Below, in pieces: positions 13,102 through 21,725 of a stretch of 60,769 nucleotides of DNA. The DNA comes from Gemmatimonadaceae bacterium (GTDB taxonomy: Bacteria; Gemmatimonadota; Gemmatimonadetes; Gemmatimonadales; Gemmatimonadaceae): assembly GCA_031396245.1 (NCBI GenBank), contig JANNKK010000013.1, positions 1 to 60,769 of the forward strand. The letters are read 5' to 3'. Position numbers and translations under genes: made by a program. Numbering within the stretch: the stretch's first letter is position 1; every line of letters starts with the position of its first letter. The notes below the pieces were generated by a model. That model made no database searches, was not told where the DNA came from, and was given only the letters and a program-made list of their open reading frames with translations.

Positions 13102-15764
13102 GCGCGATCACCGAACGCCTCTCGGCGGCGCTCAGCGACCGCTACCGCATCGAGCGCGAGCTCGGCGCGGGCGGGATGGCGACGGTATACCTCGCGCACG
13201 ACCTCAAGCACGACCGCCGCGTCGCGCTCAAGGTGCTCAAGCCCGAACTCGCGGCGGTGCTCGGCGCCGAACGATTCGTCGTCGAGATCAAGACCACGGC
13301 TGCGTTGCAGCACCCCAACATCCTACCCCTTTTCGACTCGGGGACGGCCGACGGGTTCCTCTACTACGTGATGCCGTTCATCGACGGCGAGACGCTGCGC
13401 GACAAGCTGAACCGCGAGACGCAGCTCGATGTCGAAGACGCGGTCCGCATCACGACCGATGTCGCGGATGCGCTGCAATACGCGCACGAGCACGGCGTGA
13501 TCCATCGCGACATCAAGCCCGAGAACATCCTCATCGCCAACGGCCGGCCGATGGTCGCTGACTTCGGCATCGCGCTCGCGGTGAGCGCTGCGGCGGGTGG
13601 TCGGATGACAGAGACGGTGTTGAGTCTGGGAACGCCGCACTACATGTCGCCGGAACAGGCGACGGCCGAGAAGGAGATCACGGCGCGGTCGGATGTCTAT
13701 TCGCTCGCGAGCGTACTCTTCGAGATGCTGGCCGGCGAGCCCCCGCACAGCGGCGGATCAGCGCAGGCGATCATCATGAAGATCATCGCCGAGCCGGCGC
13801 CGGTGGTGACGAAGTTCCGTCGGTCGGTCCCGCCGAATGTCGCCGCGGCGGTGATGAAGGCGCTGGAGAAGGTGCCGGCCGATCGATTCTCATCGGCGAA
13901 GGCGTTCGCCGAGGCGCTCAAGAACCCGGCGTACGCGTTCGGTACTGCGGCGATCGGCGCGGCGGCACTGCCTGGGACCGGATGGCGCCACCGTGCAGCC
14001 GTCCCCACGCTCGCTCTCGCCGGCGTGCTCGCGCTGACGACGCTCTGGGCGCTCACGCGCCCAGCTGCGCCGGGGCCGGTCTCGCGCTACCAGGTCGTAC
14101 TTCCCGAGGGCAAACGAATCGGGTCGACCCAGTGGCAGCCGATGGCCGTCTCACCCGACGGTTCGAAGCTCGCCTACGTCGGGGAGAACGGCCGACTGTT
14201 CGTCCGGTCGCGCGACCAGCTCGAACCGGTGGAGCTTCCGGGCACTGACGGCGCGTTCAATCCTTTCTTCTCTCCCGAAGGACTGCGGGTCGGCTTCATG
14301 AGCGGCGCGGCGGGCAATGCGGAACTCCGGGTGGCGACGCTGACGGGTGCGCCGCCCGTGATGGTGACCTCCACCGGCGTCGGTGGACCGGGAGCGGCGT
14401 GGGGAAGCGATGGCTACATCTACTTCGACGCGAGCGGCGTCGGTCCGTTGCGCCGCGTCCGCGAGTCGGGCGGACCGTCGGAGACGGTCTCGGTGCTCGA
14501 TTCGACCACGGCAGAACTGCAACACAACTGGCCCGATGCGCTGCCGAATGGGCGCGGTGTGCTGATCACCATCAACCGCGGTGGGCCTGGTGTCAACATC
14601 AGCCAGTCGGACGACATCGGGGTGATCGACCTCCGCACCGGCAAGCACCGTACGCTCTTGCACGGCGTCTACGCGCGGTATGCCACGTCGGGGCATATCA
14701 TCTATGTCACGGCGGAACGAGTGCTGATGGCGGTCCCGTTCGACCAGGATCGGCTGGAAGTCACGGGGGATCCCGTGGCGCTGGCGGAGGGGGTGAACAT
14801 CCGGATGGGCGGTGGCGGCCTGGATCTTGCCCTCTCCCGGAACGGAACGCTCTGGTACGCGACCGGAACGGCGCAGGGGGATCGTGAGGTGCTCTGGGTC
14901 ACTCGCGCTGGAGTCTTCTCGGAGGTGGACTCGGGGTGGCGGGGGGACTTCGAGTCACTCGCCCTCTCGCCTGACGGGACGAGGCTTGCGATCTCGCGTG
15001 CGGACGCGGAGGGTGAGCAGATCTGGGTGAAGCGAGTGGACCGCCGCGGCGGAGCGTTCTCGAAGCTCACGCACCAGCGGACGAATCAGTCGCCTCGCTG
15101 GCATCCGGACGGGAAGCAGGTGGTCTTCCAGTCGGTCTTCGTTGCGAACGGCGACCTGCGTTCGGTTCGCGCCGACGGGAGCGGAGAGCCGACGGTCCTC
15201 TACACGGGGCCCTTCATCTCTCAAGGGCGCTGGTCGCGTGACAGCCAGTGGCTGGTCTACACTGCGCGGGACACGACCAAGATCGTCTACAGGGACGACG
15301 TCTACGGCATCCGCCTAGGCGTCGATTCCGTGCCCGTACCGCTCGTCGCCACGGACTTCAGCGAGCGCGCCGCGAGTGTCTCGCCCAACGGTCGATGGCT
15401 GCTCTACTCTTCGAACACCTCAGGAAGGTACGAGGCGTACGTCCGACCCTTCCCCGGCACCTCGACGTCGCAGGTGCAGGTGTCGACCGGCGGGGGTGTC
15501 GCGCCGGAGTGGTCGAGCGACGGCAACGAGATCTTCTTCGCGAATGCGGCAAGCGACCTCATTCGGGTCGCGGTCATCCCGGGCGCGGACTTCTCCGTCG
15601 GCGAGCCGAGCCGCCTCTTCTCCCTTGCGAACGTGATCGACTGGGACGTCGCGCCCGATGGACGACGGTTCGTCGTGATCCGGTCGCGCCGTGCGCCTCA
15701 GGAGGGCCCACTCATCGTCGTCGAGAACTTCTTCGAGGAGCTGAGGCAGAGGGTGCCGCGCTGA
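13098..15764 (+). CDS. Ser/Thr protein kinase - TM - beta-propeller receptor (copy 5), 888 aa
   Basis: ATGA overlap; Hanks motifs; TM VPTLALAGVLALTTLWAL; ends VVENFFEELRQRVPR. Confidence 0.93.
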   Translation: MSAITERLSAALSDRYRIERELGAGGMATVYLAHDLKHDRRVALKVLKPELAAVLGAERFVVEIKTTAALQHPNILPLFDSGTADGFLYYVMPFIDGETLRDKLNRETQLDVEDAVRITTDVADALQYAHEHGVIHRDIKPENILIANGRPMVADFGIALAVSAAAGGRMTETVLSLGTPHYMSPEQATAEKEITARSDVYSLASVLFEMLAGEPPHSGGSAQAIIMKIIAEPAPVVTKFRRSVPPNVAAAVMKALEKVPADRFSSAKAFAEALKNPAYAFGTAAIGAAALPGTGWRHRAAVPTLALAGVLALTTLWALTRPAAPGPVSRYQVVLPEGKRIGSTQWQPMAVSPDGSKLAYVGENGRLFVRSRDQLEPVELPGTDGAFNPFFSPEGLRVGFMSGAAGNAELRVATLTGAPPVMVTSTGVGGPGAAWGSDGYIYFDASGVGPLRRVRESGGPSETVSVLDSTTAELQHNWPDALPNGRGVLITINRGGPGVNISQSDDIGVIDLRTGKHRTLLHGVYARYATSGHIIYVTAERVLMAVPFDQDRLEVTGDPVALAEGVNIRMGGGGLDLALSRNGTLWYATGTAQGDREVLWVTRAGVFSEVDSGWRGDFESLALSPDGTRLAISRADAEGEQIWVKRVDRRGGAFSKLTHQRTNQSPRWHPDGKQVVFQSVFVANGDLRSVRADGSGEPTVLYTGPFISQGRWSRDSQWLVYTARDTTKIVYRDDVYGIRLGVDSVPVPLVATDFSERAASVSPNGRWLLYSSNTSGRYEAYVRPFPGTSTSQVQVSTGGGVAPEWSSDGNEIFFANAASDLIRVAVIPGADFSVGEPSRLFSLANVIDWDVAPDGRRFVVIRSRRAPQEGPLIVVENFFEELRQRVPR

Positions 15765-15796
15765 GTACCGTGGGCGAGCGCCTCTCGTTCGCGCTA
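15761..15796 (+). pseudogene. 12-codon relic of the 5' end of a further kinase gene
   Basis: CTGA overlap with the copy 5 stop, then reads (L)STVGERLSFAL, compared with SAVNERLSVAL and SAITERLSAAL in intact copies. Similarity ends at the stop codon of the convergent oxidase. Confidence 0.6.
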
Positions 15797-17698
15797 CCGC
15801 ACCCGGATCGGCACCCGCGCCAGCAGCGCTCCGGCGCCCCCCGCTCGCACCTCGAGCCGCAGGTCGCCGACCGCTGACGGCGTGAAGAGGAAGTCGTAGG
15901 TCTCACCCATGCTGACGACCTGGCGTGCGGGGCGCGCGCGCCGCTGGGGCTCCGGCAGGTCGGCGCCGTCCTTTGCCAGTGGCTGCCAGCGCACCTCGAG
16001 AGAATCCACGGGCAGCTCGCCGACGCTGTCGCGGCGCGCGGTGAGGACGAACCGCGCGTTCGGATTGAACATCGTGAGGTTCATCAAGCGGAATCGCGTC
16101 GGACGCCCGACTGGGATGGCGATGGTGTCGGGATCCACCTGCCCATTGATCTCCAGGGGACCGTTCCCGAGCGGGTCGGCGCGATTCGCCTTGACCAAGA
16201 AGGCGTGGTCGTCGACGCTCGACGCGCCCGGATCGCGCACGATCAACGCGCCGAGGAGCCCGGCGGCGTGCTGCCGCGGCTCGTTGACGTGCGAGTGGTA
16301 GATGAAGGTGCCTGATCGCGGTGGCGTGAAGCGCGCCTCGAATGAGTCGCGTGGCGCGATGATCGGCGATATCCGGCTCCCCTGTCCGCCGAATCCGGCG
16401 GCCCCGTCGTAGTAGCTCTCCAGCTCGATGCCGTGCCAGTGCACGGCGGTCGCTTCTCGCGTCGTATTCACGACCGTGATGGCGACCGGTTCGCCGCGCC
16501 TGAGTTCGATCGTCGGGCTGAACCCGGGTCGCGCCTCGCGGCGACTCGCACCGGCGCCCAAAAGACTCTCCTCGAGGCGGAAGCGCATCGACGGCAGTGA
16601 GTCCGGGTAGCCCGGATCGGCGAAGGCGACGAGCCTGAGCCGTCGCTGCGGCGGGTCAGCATCGGTGAGTGCCGCACCGGGTCGCGGGGCGACCTCGACC
16701 CCCAGCACGATCCCCGACATCCCCGTCGTCGCGTGATTCGCGTGGGCCCCGCCACCCACCTTCGGCGCCGCGATCACCGCCGCAGGGCCTCTCTCGAGCA
16801 GGGCGGGCGGGACCAGGTGGAACGCGAAGTGGCACTGGAGGAGCCAGTTGCCCGCGCGCTCCGGCACCCAGGTCATAGACATCGTCGTCAATCCGCCCAT
16901 CCGCTCGGTGACGGCCATGCGTCCGGCGACGCCGATCGAGCCCGCAGTCCCAGTGAACTCGTCGACCCGGAAGTACACGCCGTGCAAGTGCATCGGGTGC
17001 ACATCGACATTCAGGTTGATGATCCGCCAGCGGATGGAGTCGCCGACGGTGGCCCGGAGGCGCTCCGTATGCGGCCAACTCCGGCCGTTGATCGAGAACA
17101 CCATGCGATCGAAGTTCGGCGCGGTCCCGTCGGGGGTCAGTGAATCGACGAGCCAGTTCACGACGAGCACGCGATCGGCGCGGGGCGTGCCGACGGCGCT
17201 GTCGACGACGATCGCGCCGGCGAGCAGTCCCTTGATGAAGAAGGCCTCGCTCTGCACGTCCTTCGTGAAGGCGCGATAGAAGTAGTTCCCCGGCTTGGCG
17301 AGCGTGACTCGCATCTCGCCCGTCCGTCCCGGCGGGACCATGAGCGTGTCCACGCCGCTCATCAGCGACTCGGTCAACAGGAACCGGAGCGTGTCGGGCA
17401 CGTCGGCGTTGTCGACGCGGAACCGGACTTGTGTCCCGGCGCGTACGCGGACCAGTGGGCCCGGGACCATCGGCGTCTTGCCGCGCTCGCCGAAGGCCTC
17501 CGTGAACCGCCCGCGGAGCGAGTCTCCGTCCGGATGCCACATCACGCGACGCGCGATGAGGTCGATCGTGAGGGCGCTGTCGCTCATCGTCCCTGATGCG
17601 GCGCGATTGTCGTTCGGGTGCGCGATGGGCGGCACCGCGGGAGCCGCGCCGCCGCTGATTAGGAGGAGAAGGAGAACGCCCGACTGCGGGCGCATCAT
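15794..17698 (-). CDS. Exported multicopper oxidase-family protein with atypical motif order, 634 aa
   Basis: Start revised to ATG 17698 (ATGA overlap; signal peptide MMRPQSGVLLLLLISGGAAPA). Motifs in order: VPGPLVRV, INGR, HPMHLHG, WLLQCHFAFH, HWHG, YHSH. Confidence 0.8.
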   Translation of the reverse strand: MMRPQSGVLLLLLISGGAAPAVPPIAHPNDNRAASGTMSDSALTIDLIARRVMWHPDGDSLRGRFTEAFGERGKTPMVPGPLVRVRAGTQVRFRVDNADVPDTLRFLLTESLMSGVDTLMVPPGRTGEMRVTLAKPGNYFYRAFTKDVQSEAFFIKGLLAGAIVVDSAVGTPRADRVLVVNWLVDSLTPDGTAPNFDRMVFSINGRSWPHTERLRATVGDSIRWRIINLNVDVHPMHLHGVYFRVDEFTGTAGSIGVAGRMAVTERMGGLTTMSMTWVPERAGNWLLQCHFAFHLVPPALLERGPAAVIAAPKVGGGAHANHATTGMSGIVLGVEVAPRPGAALTDADPPQRRLRLVAFADPGYPDSLPSMRFRLEESLLGAGASRREARPGFSPTIELRRGEPVAITVVNTTREATAVHWHGIELESYYDGAAGFGGQGSRISPIIAPRDSFEARFTPPRSGTFIYHSHVNEPRQHAAGLLGALIVRDPGASSVDDHAFLVKANRADPLGNGPLEINGQVDPDTIAIPVGRPTRFRLMNLTMFNPNARFVLTARRDSVGELPVDSLEVRWQPLAKDGADLPEPQRRARPARQVVSMGETYDFLFTPSAVGDLRLEVRAGGAGALLARVPIRVR

Positions 17699-19032
17699 CG
17701 TGCCGCCATCACCTTGAGCGCCGACACCAGCTTCGCCGCGTCCGCCGGCGTGTTGTACAGCGCCGGCGTCACGCGCACACAGTCCCCCTTCGCCAGTCCC
17801 GACCGCGCGACGGTGAAGACCCTGAACTCGTCGAGCAGTGTGCGCGCGATCGCCGCGTTGCTGGCGCGGTCGCCATTCCTGTGGAGACGGAAGCTCGTGA
17901 TCGCGCCGGCGAGCCCGGCCTCGTCCGGCGTGAGGATGTCCACTCCCGCGATCACGCGCGCCGGCCGCACCCACGCGTCGCGCAGGTAGCGGAGTCGCGC
18001 GGCCTTTCGCGGGATGCCGATCCGCTCCTGGAAGTCGAGTGCGTCGGGCACCGTCATCACCGCGGCGAAGTCGGTCGTGCCGGTGTGGATGCGGCTGTCG
18101 ATCCGGTCGAGCGGGCCGTCGTCGCCGTGGGCGCGGTCGATCCGGTCGAGCGCGTCCTTCCGGATGTAGAGCGCTGCCACGCCGATGGGCGCGCCGATCC
18201 ACTTGTGCAGGTTGACGCCGGCGAACGGGACGCCCAGCTCCGGCAGCGAGAGGGGGAACTGGCCGAAGGCGTGCGCTGCGTCGACGACGGTGTCGATGCC
18301 GCGTGCTCGCGCCATCTCCGCGAGTTCGCGGACCGGAAGCATCAGCCCAGTCTTGTTGTTCGGATGCGTGAGGATGAGGAGCTTGGTGCGCGGGTTCGCC
18401 TCGAAGGCGCGCGCATAAGCGTCGAGGATCCCCTGGCGCGACGCCGGCTCCGGGATCGCGAAGGTCGCCACCGTGGCGCCACGCCGTGCGGCGAGCGCAT
18501 TCATCGCCATCTGCATCGCGGGGTAGTCGAGGTCGGCGTACATGACGGCGTCGCCGGCCTGCAGGCGGTTGTACTGGCCGATGATCGATTGCAGGGCTTC
18601 GGTCGCGTTGCGCGCGAAGGCGATCTCGCCCGCCTCGACCCCGAGAGCGCCTGCGACGCGCTGGCGCGCTGCCTGGGAGATCGCCGGGAACTCGCGGCGC
18701 GCGAAGTACGAGCTCTCGCGGTTCACGCGATCTACGTTGCGGTGGTATGCCGCGAGGACCGGCGCGGCCATCATCCCCCAGAAGCCGGCCTCGAGATTGG
18801 TCGCCTTATCGGTGATCGCGTACTGCGCGGCGACCTCGCGCCAATAGCCCTCGTCCTGCGCGACCGCCTGTGGCGAGCCCGCTGGCGGCGATGGCAACGG
18901 GCGCCCGGTACGCGCGAGATCGAGGACCTCGCGCGATGGCGCGGCGGCGAGGCCGGTTGGGATCGCGAGGGCGGCGGCCGAGGCAGCGGAGGCCAGGGCG
19001 GCGCGGCGGAGGAAATCGCGGCGTGAGGACAT
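17695..19032 (-). CDS. Tat-exported class V PLP aminotransferase (isopenicillin N epimerase/cysteine desulfurase-like), 445 aa
   Basis: Start revised to ATG 19032; Tat motif SRRDFL; RNATEAL, DAAH, LHKW (PLP lysine), HTGT. Confidence 0.85.
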   Translation of the reverse strand: MSSRRDFLRRAALASAASAAALAIPTGLAAAPSREVLDLARTGRPLPSPPAGSPQAVAQDEGYWREVAAQYAITDKATNLEAGFWGMMAAPVLAAYHRNVDRVNRESSYFARREFPAISQAARQRVAGALGVEAGEIAFARNATEALQSIIGQYNRLQAGDAVMYADLDYPAMQMAMNALAARRGATVATFAIPEPASRQGILDAYARAFEANPRTKLLILTHPNNKTGLMLPVRELAEMARARGIDTVVDAAHAFGQFPLSLPELGVPFAGVNLHKWIGAPIGVAALYIRKDALDRIDRAHGDDGPLDRIDSRIHTGTTDFAAVMTVPDALDFQERIGIPRKAARLRYLRDAWVRPARVIAGVDILTPDEAGLAGAITSFRLHRNGDRASNAAIARTLLDEFRVFTVARSGLAKGDCVRVTPALYNTPADAAKLVSALKVMAAR

Positions 19033-19092
19033 GCTCGATTCTACGTCTGCGACACTCCGCGTGCGAGATGCTGGCCGGCGCCTGCGGGCCGC

Positions 19093-19109
19093 CGTAGGTT
19101 CTCCCGGTG
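19093..19109 (+). promoter_or_regulatory. Putative -10 element of a leaderless transcript (kinase copy 6)
   Basis: TAGGTT (19095-19100), 6 nt, GTG start, no Shine-Dalgarno. The same 18-mer occurs at 40151-40168. Confidence 0.55.
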
Positions 19110-21725
19110 AAAGAACCGCACGCACGACTCGCGACCGCGCTCGCCGACCGCTATCGCATCGAGCGCGAGCTAGGGCAGGGCGGGATGGCGACGGTCTACC
19201 TCGCCGAGGACCTGAAGCACAAGCGCCGCGTCGCTGTGAAGGTGCTCAAGCCTGAACTCGCGGCGGTACTTGGCGCCGAGCGCTTCGTGCAGGAGATCAC
19301 GACCACCGCGTCGCTGAGCCATCCCCACATCCTCCCGCTCTTCGACTCCGGCACCGCCGACGGATTCCTGTTCTACGTCATGCCCTACATCGAGGGAGAG
19401 ACGCTCCGCGACAAGCTGAACCGCGAGACCCAGCTCGGCGTGGACGAGGCCGTGCGCATCGCCTGTGAGGTGGCTGACGCGCTGGACTACGCCCACCGGC
19501 GGGGCGTGATCCACCGCGACATCAAGCCGGAGAACATCCTGTTGCACGATGGCCGTCCGATGGTCGCGGACTTCGGCATCGCGCTGGCCGTGAGCGCAGC
19601 GGCTGGTGGTCGGATGACGGAAACGGGACTGAGTCTCGGGACACCGCACTACATGTCGCCGGAGCAGGCGACGGCGGAGAAGGAGATCACCGGCCGCTCC
19701 GACATCTACAGTCTGGCGTCCGTCCTCTACGAGATGCTCTCCGGGAACCCGCCGCACACGGGCTCCTCGGCGCAACAGATCATCATGAAGATCATCGCCG
19801 AACCGGTCGAGGCGGTGACGAAGTACCGGAAGGCGGTACCGCCGCACGTCGCTGGCGCAGTGGCGCGGGCGCTGGAGAAACTGCCCGCGGACCGCTTCGA
19901 GACGGCGAAGGCCTTCGCCGATGCGCTGAAGGACTCGCGATTCACGTATGGCGCGACGTCGGCTGCCCGCGCGAGCGCTGGAGCCGAGTCCGTCTCGCCC
20001 GCGTCGCGTCGTGCGCTCGCAGGCGCCGCGGCGCTCGCTGTGGTCGGTGTCGGCCTCGGGGTGTGGGGACTCTTGGGGAGCCGTGCCGACGACGGCCCAA
20101 AGCCACCGATCCATCTCACCCTCGACCTAGTCGGCGCCAACCCCGACCGATCCCGCTTCGCGATCTCCTCGGACGGCGGCACCTTCGCCTTCGCCACGGA
20201 CGAGGGGATCCAGGTACGCGATGCAGGCCAGCGCGAATACCGGATCCTGCCCGGCACACGCGCGGCCGAGTCGCCGGCATTCTCGCCCGACGACAAGTGG
20301 ATCGCCTTCGCGCAGGGCGGCCGCCTGCGAAAGGTCGCGGTGAGTGGGGGCTCCACGCTCGCGCTCATCGGCGGCGACTCGGTGCTTGCGTCGCGGCTCG
20401 ACTGGGGCGCCGACGGACGCATCGTCTTCGAGAGCTCCAATCGTCTCTGGGAGATCGCGACCGAAGGCGGGGCGCCGCGGCGGCTCTCGGCGACCGAAGG
20501 CGGAGCTTCACCGCGCGTGCTTCCCGACGGCTCCGGCGTGCTCTACGTGGACGCGCGACGCGGGACGAAGCTGATGCTGCACGACTTCGCGTCCGACACC
20601 TCGTATACGATCCTCGAGGAATCCACCGAGGCGCAGTACGTCAGCACCGGGCACATCGTCTACGCGCATCCGACCGGCGGACTCTTCGCGGTACGGTTCG
20701 ACCCGCGCCGACGCAGGGTGAGTGGCGCGCCGATCCCGCTGGTCACCGACCTGCAGGTGAATGGCACCGTCGCTGCCTTCCGCGTCACGCCGACCGGCAC
20801 GCTCGTCTATCGCGCCGGGCTCGATCCGGAATCACGACTTCTGATGCGCCAGGTGAACGGTCGGATCGACACGCTGCCGCTCGCTCCGCGCATCTTCGGC
20901 TACGCCCGCTTCTCGCCCGACGGCCGCTCCCTCGCGCTCACCATCGGCTCGGCGCGCGGGACGAATCGGCACACGGCGATCTACAACCTCGACCTCGGCA
21001 CCCTCGACCAGCTCACCCTCGAGGGAGGCGGACACGCGCCGGTCTTCTCGCCGAAGGGGGATCGACTGGTCTTCTCCGCGGAGTTGGACGACAGCGACGC
21101 CGAGGACCTCTTCGTGCAGCCGCTGGACCGCAGCTCGCCGCCGATGCGGATCCTGCGGGCGCCCGACGACCAGCACGCGAGCGCGTGGCCGATCGAGAGC
21201 CTCCTCGTGGTGTCCGACAACAACCTTCCTCGCGTCGACGGCGGCAGTGGTGGCGACATCGGCCTCGTCGATCCGCGGGGCAGGGACGGCGCGGCGCGCC
21301 CCTATCTCGCCGCGCAGTGGGCGGAGGCGGACGCTGCGATCTCCCCCGACGGACGCTACGCGGCCTACACCTCGTTCGAGTCGGGCGCACTCGAGGTCTA
21401 TGTGCGCCCCTTCCCCGACGCGCGCTCCGGTGGACAGTGGAAGATCTCCCTTGCCGGAGGACTTCGGCCCCGATGGGGCCCGGACGGCCGTACGGTCCTC
21501 TACCGGAGCGTGGACGAGACCACGGTCCACGTCGTCCGACTCTCGGCGAACCCGCCCTTCGCCGTGCTGTCGCGAACGGTCCTGTTCAGCGCGCCGCGGC
21601 TTGGCGGTGCGTGGGACGTGGACCCGCGCACGGGGCGGATCGTGGCCGCACAGGCAGTGACGACGACCGAGACCACCCGGATGGTCGTCGTCGTGAACTG
21701 GCTCGACCTGCTGCGCGGCCGTTAG
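19107..21725 (+). CDS. Ser/Thr protein kinase - TM - beta-propeller receptor (copy 6), 872 aa
   Basis: Hanks motifs; TM ALAGAAALAVVGVGLGVWGLL; ends VVVVNWLDLL. Confidence 0.93.
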   Translation: MKEPHARLATALADRYRIERELGQGGMATVYLAEDLKHKRRVAVKVLKPELAAVLGAERFVQEITTTASLSHPHILPLFDSGTADGFLFYVMPYIEGETLRDKLNRETQLGVDEAVRIACEVADALDYAHRRGVIHRDIKPENILLHDGRPMVADFGIALAVSAAAGGRMTETGLSLGTPHYMSPEQATAEKEITGRSDIYSLASVLYEMLSGNPPHTGSSAQQIIMKIIAEPVEAVTKYRKAVPPHVAGAVARALEKLPADRFETAKAFADALKDSRFTYGATSAARASAGAESVSPASRRALAGAAALAVVGVGLGVWGLLGSRADDGPKPPIHLTLDLVGANPDRSRFAISSDGGTFAFATDEGIQVRDAGQREYRILPGTRAAESPAFSPDDKWIAFAQGGRLRKVAVSGGSTLALIGGDSVLASRLDWGADGRIVFESSNRLWEIATEGGAPRRLSATEGGASPRVLPDGSGVLYVDARRGTKLMLHDFASDTSYTILEESTEAQYVSTGHIVYAHPTGGLFAVRFDPRRRRVSGAPIPLVTDLQVNGTVAAFRVTPTGTLVYRAGLDPESRLLMRQVNGRIDTLPLAPRIFGYARFSPDGRSLALTIGSARGTNRHTAIYNLDLGTLDQLTLEGGGHAPVFSPKGDRLVFSAELDDSDAEDLFVQPLDRSSPPMRILRAPDDQHASAWPIESLLVVSDNNLPRVDGGSGGDIGLVDPRGRDGAARPYLAAQWAEADAAISPDGRYAAYTSFESGALEVYVRPFPDARSGGQWKISLAGGLRPRWGPDGRTVLYRSVDETTVHVVRLSANPPFAVLSRTVLFSAPRLGGAWDVDPRTGRIVAAQAVTTTETTRMVVVVNWLDLLRGR

